Origin: Microbotryum violaceum
Lineage: Eukaryota
Direction: 5' to 3'
DNA length: 64,000 nucleotides
Assembly: GCA_001244265.2 (NCBI GenBank)
Contig: CDLV01000012.1
Location: 496,001-560,000 of the forward strand
Both the position numbers and the translations under genes were made by a program. This document shows, one piece after another, positions 51,790 to 61,676 of this stretch. Within the stretch, counting starts at the first letter, position 1. Each line of letters starts with the position of its first letter. A model generated the notes under the pieces. It ran no database searches. It worked only from the letters and a program-made list of their open reading frames with translations, and was not told the DNA's origin.

Positions 51790-54700
51790 GCACACCATCA
51801 TCACCTGGAACGTGAGGAGGGGCATGGGGGTCCCGGAGAAACGACGTGACATTTACAACTACCTATCCCTTTTCAAAGCATCGGCCATTCTCATACAAGA
51901 GCACTTCATCAGACCGCACCTCTGGCAACTCATCAAGGACGAGTACGAGGGCAAGCTCTTCATCAACCAACATTGTCTGACTCTAATTCCGGCTGACTCC
52001 CCCCTGATCGACGCCGAGCTCTTGCGCACCCACTCGGCACTCGACGGCCGGCTCCTCGTCACGTCCTTTCGTCTGCGGGGCGACATCAAAATTCTAGAAA
52101 TCAACAACGTTTACGCGCCCGTTGACCCAAAGCAACGAGCGAAATTCTTTGAAAAACTCTTATTTCACAAAACACAGAAATCCCACCTCCGACTCCTTGG
52201 CGGTGATCTCAACGACTGCCCGCGCCCAGAAGTCGATCGGCGGAACCAAAGTCGGCGCGGCCACCACTGGCCAATCCTGATCGGCAAGCTCGACTCGGCC
52301 TACACGGACTGCATCCGCTACAAACACCCCATCACCCCATCCTTCACTCGACCTAATCCCAATCGCAAAGCGACCCAACTCCTTCTCCCGGCTTGACTAC
52401 TTTCTCCTGCAACGGACACACCAAAAAAGACTCGATCAGGCCTCGACGATCTACGACTATCCCAAGGAGCTTTCCGATCACCGACCGGTCTTGATTGTGC
52501 TGGCTCTCTCAGACGATCCTGATGTGACCCTCCCACAGCTCAGCCTACCTACCACATCAAACCAACCACATCGAATCAACACCACAACCTTTAAGACGGT
52601 GGAATTCCAGCGGATGATGGAAGGATGGTTGGAAGGGGCAAGCGGGGAGGAACCGGTGGGGGAGCTCGAGGTCATTCTGAAGGCGTGCAGGGATAGGGGT
52701 GGGGAGATGGCGAGGAGGTTGCATCGGGAGCGGACGGAACGGATGGAGTATTTGGTGGGGAGGGTGCAGGATCTGGAGGCGATACCGGAATGGGGGGAGG
52801 CGGAAACGGCAGAATGGACAAGGACGTCCGAGGAACTCAAGCGGGCGGTCGAGGAGCGCGCGCGCCTACTCCGGATCCGAGCCCACGTACCCGAGATCGC
52901 CTCCGAGGAACGACTGTCGCGGCCGGTCCACGCCAAGCTCGCGGCGCGGAACTCGGACTCCAAGATCACAGCACTGCGCTTGAGCAACGGAGAGCTAACG
53001 CATGACATTGATGTCGCTTTTGACCACACGCAGGCGCATTTCCAGCGCCTCTACCACATCGAGCCTCGTGACCCGGACCGCGTCGACCGACTTCGGGACG
53101 AATTCCTCGCGCCGATCAGGGCGGCGCGGACTTGCGACGACCCGCGCTCGGATCCTCTCTTTCTGCGCCGACTCTCGGAATCGCAGATCGACTTACTCCA
53201 GCGACCAATCACCGAGGACGAGGTCGTGGCCGCGATCGGGACGACGCACCCGGGGCGATCGCCGGGACCGTCGGGCGTGCCCTACGAACTCTACCAGACC
53301 GCACCCAAGGCGTGGGCCAAGGTGCTGACCAAGGCCTACAACGCGATGATAGAGCGAGGCTCACTCTCTCCCAAGCAGGGCCAAGGACTCGTGCGCCTCA
53401 TCTTCAAGCGACACAAGGAGAATGCTGATCGCGCCGAACTTTCGTCGTACCGGCCGATCACCCTGCGCGAGTGCGATTACAAGATCTTTACCAAGGTCTA
53501 TGTCGCCCGTTTGAACCAGATTCTACCGGATCTCCTCCCGCCGCAGCAGCACGGATTCGTCAAGGACCGCCGATCGGCTGACGCTGCACTACACCTTCGT
53601 CTCCTGTTCGAGGAAGTTGGCGCGCGCAGGACCGAGTTCCCCGCGGCCGCACTCTTATCTCTTGACCAATCGTCCGCCTACGACCTCGTCGAGCATGACT
53701 GGATCTTTGCCATCTTTGACGCTCTGGGCGCTCCTGCCACCTTTCTTCGCGTGCTGAGGATGCTCTACTCGGGTGACTCGACCTCGGCCCGCTACATCAT
53801 CAATGGGTTCTTGACGGCGCCGGTACGACTGACGTGTGGGCTCGGCCAAGGGGACCCGGCGTCGTCGTCGGTCTGGGACATCGTGTTTCAGCCGTTTCTG
53901 GATGCTCTACACCGTCGAAACATCGCGCTGAATCTCTCCGTACCTGCACTTCATCCGTACCCACAGAGCCGCGCCATTACATCGCTTGCTTTTGCCGATG
54001 ACGTTGTCGTCGCCGTCGCGGGCTTGGGGTCACTCAACTTGCTCAATGACCTGGCGCTCGACTGGAGGCATGCAACGAATGGCCGGCTCAACACGGACAA
54101 GACGGTCGTCCTACCGATCGGACGCCGCTGGGACCCGGGGCAACGCCCGCTCGTCGTCAAGGCCGCAGGCGAGTCGCTCGAGTGGATCGGCCTCCCCTTC
54201 GACCCGAGCGGCGACACCGAACTCGCCTACGCGAATCTCATCGAACGCCTCGAGGCGACGCTGGAAGGGGTTCAGCATCGCTGGCTCACACACCACACCC
54301 GTGCCTTTTACGTCAATCGGTACGCCATCCCCAAGATCCTGCACTTCCTTGCAGCCGACATCCCGCCGCCCGAAGTCGTCAAGAAGCTCGATGACATGCT
54401 CGTCGATTTCGTCCGTGGGGGCAAGAGCAGGACCAGCTACGGCAGAGATATCGTGTTCACAGCCAAGCTCAAGGGGGACTCGGGGTGATCAGGATGCAGG
54501 ACGTCGTGGACGCGGTTGCGGCACGGATCTGGGACGTTCTTCTCGGCGGTTCGGGCGCGATCTGGCAAGGACTTGCGCGCGCGGCACTCCAGCGAGCTCA
54601 GTCCGACCTCGACCTGGCCACCGATCTCTGGCCACATCCATCCACTCCCATCCCAGCGACCTCCATCCCCGATGGCGAGCAGCATTGGGGGTTCCGAAAC

Positions 54701-55799
54701 AGCAAGACGCGCAGGTCAACCCGAGGACCTTGACCACCGCAAACCTGCTCGCGCTTCCCACCTTGCTCGGCAGCCTCCACACCCCATCAGAGGGAGACAG
54801 ACCATCGGCGCGGTTCATATACCTGACTACCTTCGTCTCCAGGGCTACCCGAAGGTGACGAATCTCTACCGGCGCGAGTTGTATGCGGGTGGGGGGTTTC
54901 ACCTTTGGACGCCGCCGGCGGATGTGCTCGGCGACAACAGCGAGTACGATCGACGCGGGCTCCCGCAGCGACTGGCAATCGCGGCCTGGTACCGGTTCAC
55001 TGTCGATCGACACAAGAACACGCCCTTGGCGGTGGCGGTGGCGGCAGGACGGCTCAACGTGCCTCCCCGGATCGGCACCAGCGCACCACTCGAGGCGATT
55101 CTCCCCAAGCCCGTGGCCCGCTTCGCAATGGAGCAGCGCCTTCCGGACCCGGTGCTTCCACAGCAGGCGAGCCAGTACAAGCTGCTGAACATGGCTCGAC
55201 CGTACACCATCCGTCGCATCCGCCGGGTCCTGAACGCGAAGGCCTTTACCAACACGCTCGGGCTCCAGGGACCACCGCAGCCGGACGACCTCAGGAGCTT
55301 TTGGAAGGCGGTCAACTCGAAGGCACTGACGGCGAGGGAGAGGGAAGTTTGGTTCAAGCTGATTCTCCGCTTCACCCCGACGCGCAAGCTGCAACATCAA
55401 CAAAATCACGACACTTCTCCCGCGTGCCTCGTCTGCGAAGCGCCGGTGGACGACACCGACCACTACTTTTTCGGCTGCGTTGACTCGCGGAATGTCTGGA
55501 TCGGGGCAAGGGGCGTGCTCTGCGACGCACTCGGGTGCGACACGATCGAGGACGACCAGTACACGACACTGCAACGGCTCTTTGGCCTCCCCAAGCTCAA
55601 GGCCAAGCTCAGCGAACAGGAAGGGGCGGGCTGGACGATCGAGATCTTCACGGGGATGGTTTTGGAGATGATCAGCAGTGGGAGATGGAGGATGCAGAAG
55701 CACGGGACGAGGATGGAAAGCGTGGAGAGGAGGAGAGTGGTACTGGAGGAGAGGATGAAGTTGAGGACGGGAGGAGCAAGGGGCGGGCGAGGGCAGTAG
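51782..55799 (+). CDS. LINE ORF2: apurinic-like endonuclease + reverse transcriptase + zf-RVT, four frameshifts
   Basis: [89 protein letters not shown]-terminal CLVC...DTDHYFFGC. Confidence 0.93.
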
Positions 55800-56447
55800 A
55801 GGCTGGGTTCGATTTCCCCCCCACCATCCCACACACACACACCAAATCACACTTCCTCTTTCAAAACTGTATACTAAATATTTTGCTTTCATCTTTCATC
55901 TATTACAGGTCTGCCTTCGTTGCTCATGGACCGGCTCGCGATTTGGGATTGCCTCGACGGTGCCTCGCGCTCTTTGTCTTCGGGGTTCTGAGTCAAGGGA
56001 GGGATCAGCAGACACAGGCAGAAAGTCTGCTTTGAGGGGCCAGGGACTGCTGAGGTGGAGGTTTTGAGGGGCTTCCACCGCGTCTTGCTGTGACCGAGCA
56101 TAGACTTGGGGCTTCGTGAGTCAGGGTAGTTGCGCAGTCGCTCTCCGGTCTTTGTCTCGACCGAGTTGGGAAGTGGGTGCGGGGTGGGCCTCTTGTCGTT
56201 AGTAAATCGTTTCATTACTCTTTCTCTTTCTCTCTCCATCTCTCTCTCATTCGTCTCCTGGGGGGGAGCAACCGCTTGGCTGGGGCACTTGAATTCCAAA
56301 TATTGGATTGGTGGACACCGGCCCGTTTCTCGCATCTTGCGGGCGGTTTGTGTTATCATCGTCGACTTCCATTTAGTTTTTCCGTAGGCCAATCAGGGGG
56401 AACAGGAATTGGGGGCAATATGATGAACAGTTTCTACAAAAAAAAAA

Positions 56448-56539
56448 CCCCGACTCCTATCTTTTGCGGTTTATGTGGTCGCCAACTCTCCGCGACGCTC
56501 TAGGGCCTAGTGGTGCCACCTTCGCAGCAAAAAAAAAAA
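56448..56539 (+). mobile_element. Unit 5: ~90-bp poly(A)-ended segment, possible extreme 3' end of another retroelement
   Basis: Directly follows unit 4's poly(A); hairpins gtcgc/gcgac and ctagg/cctag; ends in A11 (56529-56539). Confidence 0.45.
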
Positions 56540-56928
56540 GGCTTAGGCAGTGATTCTGAGGAGGATCTATGGATGACGAAATGTTGGTGTGCAGCATATC
56601 GCCTTGATCGCGTCGCGAAGCATTTGGGCCTCCCTCAGCCCGTACACAAGGGCTCAGATACCGGGAAGCGGCCGACTTCACGCAGCACGAGGGTCATGTC
56701 AAGCGGTCGTTACTCAAGACCCACTGTAAAATTATGGTGGTGTCCGCCGGGTCAATCCAGCTACTGTTCAATCCTTGTGTTCAAATTATCACCACAACGG
56801 CATCTGTGAATATCGTCGTGCTCATTTCGTAACGCCTAGCTAACGACACGGATAAACAAAGGGCACAAATCGTGGAACGATCGAATATCGGATAGCTACA
56901 TCGTACTCGTACTTGAATGTCCTTTTTT

Positions 56929-59900
56929 TCACCAAACCTGGCACTTGTGCTCGTTGTTCATCCTGCTTCCGGCCTTGCACTGGAAAGCCTTGATGAATTG
57001 CTCGTTGTTCGAGAGCGGGCCGATGACTGTGATGGGCATCATAGTGCCAACGGCGGCTCAGCTGAGGATCAGGAATATCAATCTCGGTCTGAGAAACGTA
57101 CCTCGGTAATTCGTGGGCGAGTGGGGATCGGTGCGAACCCTCTTGACCGCCTCCGAAGGGTGGATGTTCCTGGCCCAACCTTGGGCATAAGCTGTGGAAG
57201 GAGGACCCAAAGTTTCAGCATCACACGAGCTCGTTCAAAAGGAGCTCTCGCAGAACTCACCGATGAAGAACAACTGCTCCCGCGTGTACTTGACACCAGG
57301 CAACAGCCAGTTCACCCCCTCGCCCTTCTTGGACTCAAAACGATCACTCCAGGCTCGGAAGCTCTGACTGATTCCACCTGCGTCCGCCATGTCTTCACCG
57401 TTCGTCAGCTTGGAGTTGACGTAGACTTTTCGTCCCTTGTCGTCCTGCACGTAGTATTGAGCGTATTGATCGAGCAAGCACTTTTGGAGCCCTTCGAAGC
57501 GCACAACGGTCTCGTTCGTCCACCATTGGACAAGCTTGCCCTCCTTGTTGTACAGTCGACCGGCTTGGTCAAAGGCGTGCGACAACTCGTGACCGGCGAC
57601 TGATCCGAAAGCTCCAAAGGCCATGTATTCCGGCCTGTGCAATCCAAGCCAGAAAGATGGAGACGGTTAGAAGGCAAAATCTTGAGTCATCGACGTCAGC
57701 TTTCAGGATGACCACGTACCAATCCTTGCTAAAGTACGGCGCCTGCAAGATACCAGCTGGGAAAGCAATCTCGTTGGCGGGAGGCGAGTAGTAGGCGTTC
57801 ACCTCGGAGGGGATCATCTCCCATTCACCGTGATCGACCTGCTTGCCGAGCTTGACCCACAAGCGACGCTTTTCAGCGAGACGCGAGCGAAGCACATTGC
57901 CGAAAAAGTCAGTGCGATTGATGGGCAAATTCAAGCTGTAGTAGCGCTCGATCGAAGCGGGGTCCATCGTGTCGGGAGTTGTAGGGAAGCCGATCTGAAA
58001 GGAGAAGGAACTTAAGGGTTCAGCGCACACGACGGGACCGGACTGGACTGTATAATAGTCTCCTTGGGACAATACCGACCTTGTGCTTGATCGCATCCGC
58101 CTTCTCCTCGGCCCGCTTCCTCGTCGTCTCGTCGAGCCAGTCGAGCTCGGGCAAGCGATCCTTGAACGCTTGGATCGTCGCCACGATGATGTCCTCGGCG
58201 TATTCCTTGCTGTCGCCGGCGAACGCCTTCTGAGCATAGTACCGCCCGATCAAAAAGCCGTAGTTTTCCAACAATGACGCCAGGCAAATGTCCCCGCGAG
58301 GCGACGAAGTGCCCTCGGCAATGCCGCCGAGGTAGTTGGACAGCCAGTTGATCTCCTTGCGCACGGTTTGCTTGGGGCCGACCAGATCGCCATAAACCTT
58401 CGCGATCCTGAAGATGATGTACGCCTCGTAAACCTCGGAATCGACGTGCTTGATGAGCTTGGCAAGGTTTTCGAGGTACACAGGACTGGTGACGATGACT
58501 GGCTCGGGATAGCTAGGTCGCGGGGTGAAGCCGGCAAAGTAGTCTTTGAACGAGATCGAAGGGAAAAGAGCCTGCAGAGCGGTTGAATTGTAGGCATTGT
58601 ACGTCTTGCTTGGGTCCTCAAGGTCTTCCTCGTTGAGGAAGATCTTGGCGATCTCTTTCTCCCAAGCCACGACTCCGGACGCGAGTTCTTTGGGGTTGAC
58701 CGAAGTCTCGCCCCGAACGGCGTAGATGCTCTTGAGCGTCGCCCGGATAACTTCTTCATAGACTTGCAACGTGTCCTCGTCCTTGTAGTAGTCCTTTGAG
58801 GGTAGTCCGAGCCCGGCTTGTTGGACCCACGCCACGAGATGGCTGGGATCCTCGGCGACATCGCCTTGAAGGAAGAGCTGGAACAGCGTCTCGACACCTA
58901 TCGGACGCGAAGGATCGCATTGTCAGTCAATTTATAATCCCAATTCCCCAGATTCCCCAGATTCTTTGCTGCTTGGCGCCGTGCAAGGCTCACCTCGAGA
59001 GTGCAAATACATCAACGAGGCCGTCATTCGATCCTTCTTGGTCTTCTCGTCCCACTTGGGCTTCTTGAGCATCTCATCTTGGAACATAGAATCCTGGACA
59101 TTCTTGTCTGCCGAAGCTGACGACCCCCTCCAGGCACTAACGGCCTGTTCAACGAGGTCCATCAACGGGTCGAGGCCTTGACGATCGTGCAGATCCTCAT
59201 CGAGGCATGAGGCCCAAAAATCTTGCAGGTGGGCGATATTGCGCTGATCGGCTTCGTCCATCTTCTTGAGCGATGACTCCGACGTGGCCAAGACGTCGAT
59301 GATGACGCGCTGTAATGTTTTGCATAAAAGTCTTGCGAAGCATCAGCGTCGCGCCGAATCTTACAGGGTCTTGTAGTGACATCTGTCGTGTCCTCGGGTG
59401 GTGCCAGCAAAGGCGGAGGACTGACCTTGTTTCGCACACCGATGTCCTGGGCCGAGCCAAAAAATCCTTGGCCATCAGGGATAGGGTGGGTATCGAGCCA
59501 GCCGCCGTCTATGGCGGAGAGAGCCCACCCGTTCAGATGAGCACTATCATTATTTCAGACCGACGAGGTTCGGGACGCCGACGTACTCGAGAAGCGGTAG
59601 AAGTCATCGCACGGGTCGACGCTCTCGTCGAGCGCAGTCAGTACCGATGCAGCTACGGTGACACAGGTAGGGGTGAGGCAAACGTCCTTCTGTTGGTCGG
59701 TATCAGCCGGTGAAGAGGTGGCGAATGGTGCCGAGCGAGCGCAGGAAGGTAAGTAGGCCCATTCGCAGGAGGCCGATGCGCATCGGAGGTGGGGGCGGTC
59801 GCCGGTAGGCGGCGGGCGGCGGCGGATCGTCGGCAAGAGCGAAGAGACGAGATAGAATGAAGTGGTGCTCGTCAGTCTTGTCGATCAAAAACTTCCCATA

Positions 59901-60282
59901 TTCTCCAATTTCACTGTCGGCCTTGACTCACGTTGTTCTTGGGTTGTTTGGGTGGAGGCACGCCGGTCGAGGTCGGCGCGGGAATGGTGACGGTCGAGGT
60001 GACGGTCGGACGACCCTGACCATGGTGCTTGTGCTTTTGATGGTGGTGGTCCTTGGCCTTTTTGAGCGCGACAGCCTCACCCGCGAACAAGCCGGCAAAG
60101 GTGGCTGTCGTCAAGAGCAACACGACCGCCAACGCCGCCAAAAGCTTTTCGAGGCCGTTCAATCGTTTGGGTGACGACAATGCCGCTTCGATGCGACCCC
60201 GCAGTGACGGAGAGGAGGACGGATCTTCACTCGTCCCAGCAGCCTCGTTGCCTAAAAGGGGCGATCTTTCTACGCCGGCCAT
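56929..60282 (-). CDS. M13 metallopeptidase (neprilysin/endothelin-converting enzyme-like), type II membrane
   Basis: N-terminal TM (LLAALAVVLLLTTATFAGLFAG); CLTPTCV, SVDPCDDFY, VNAYYSP..NEIAFPAGILQ, GHELSHAFD, TNGEDMAD, DPHSP, C-terminal CQVW*. Confidence 0.95.
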
Positions 60283-61676
60283 GATGCTGGCGAGTCGAGA
60301 AGCGATGGTGCGGGTGAAGGGGAGAGGAGCGGAGCGGAGCAAGAGCAAGAGATCTCTGAGACCGGTGGCCGTTGCCGACGGAAGCGTGCCGCAAAAAGCC
60401 GAGCTAAAAGTGTTTCCTGCGAGTCCGCGATGACGAGCTCCCGGAGCGGGGTTGAACAGGTTCGGGCAACGAATCAGGTACAATAGCGCATGGTATTGCA
60501 GGATCACTAAAGAAGCGAATTGTGCGGCTCATATCTAAAGATTTTAAAAAAATGTCGAAACACCAATGAGCCAGACGTGCCATGACCATCATCCGAACCC
60601 TGACCTTCAACGAGAAACTAATCCCGCGTCGGGCCAAAGACGGACGAGGCTCCACCAAAATGAGGGCACGCCAGCCGTCTGATGCATCAGGTCAAGGGGA
60701 GGAAAGCCGACCGAGGTCAACGATCCCCCTCCAGGACAGTTTCGATCTTGGTCACGCTAAAAATTGAGTCGTGGTGGAGGTAGCACCAGATCCAGAGTGT
60801 GGTGATCAGTCAGGTTCAAGGGGGAAGAAAACGGGTCAAGGTATCACACAGGAGGCGATCGGATAAAGCGGGGGCATGATCAGATGTTGTACGATGTGGA
60901 GATAAGATGGCGCATGCCCATCAGTGCTACGAATGCACGTCGAAGCCATGCAGCGGGTCGCGGCGGGCAGCAGGAAAAAAAAGGACACAAGCGGCGTCGG
61001 GGAGGGCATGCCAGCAGTACCACGCATCACTGTCGATGGATAGCACCATGTAGTCAAGTTCTGTGGTCTGGGCCTGCGTTGAACGTCAAGGACGGCGAAG
61101 AAGGGGTGGTCGGGATCGGATTCAGAAACTGCGAATGGGACGAAGGAGCGAACACGCGCGCCCGGGAGCAGTCTCGCAACAGCGCGCATTTGCATAGCTT
61201 ATGGCGTGCTTATGGCAGCTTATGGAGCAAGGAAACGTGACAAAGTGCTTGAAGAGCCGGGCCCACACAGTCACGCACACTCACCGTCCACCCGAGGTTG
61301 CTGGCCGGTGTAGTACTTGCGTGAATCTATGAAAAACACAACAAATTTTTGAGTAGTATTTCATAGAGAGTCTGCCTCACTTTAAACGAATTTACGAGCG
61401 CTGTAGAGCTTTGCGATGCGTTCCCTGAAGGATTAGATGAAGCAACGCCCATGGATCAGGATCTAATCCTCACATAAGGGTGGAGACCATAAGGGGGTGA
61501 CGAGAGCTTGATAGAGCTTGATGCCCGCTTGAGGACTCGGCGTGTGGGGGCGCGCATTCTGCATTTCTACCCCGGCTTGTCTCCGTCCACCCGTCGCATG
61601 CTTCACAAGCGCATCAGCAGCATTTGTTCCACCTCCATTTTGATCCATACGGCGTCACTAAATCCGGCTGCATGTC

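Larger units (their letters stand above)
49379..56447 (+). mobile_element. Unit 4: full-length non-LTR retrotransposon, L1/Tx1-like (ORF1 + APE-RT-zf ORF2, ~640-nt 3' UTR, A10)
   Basis: ORF1 with knuckle [16 protein letters not shown]2 APE motifs and RT motifs; C-terminal CCHC; poly(A) at 56438-56447. Confidence 0.95.

Noticed and set aside
54489-55892. 467-aa minus-strand ORF
   Set aside because: Antisense shadow of LINE ORF2; no recognisable motifs.
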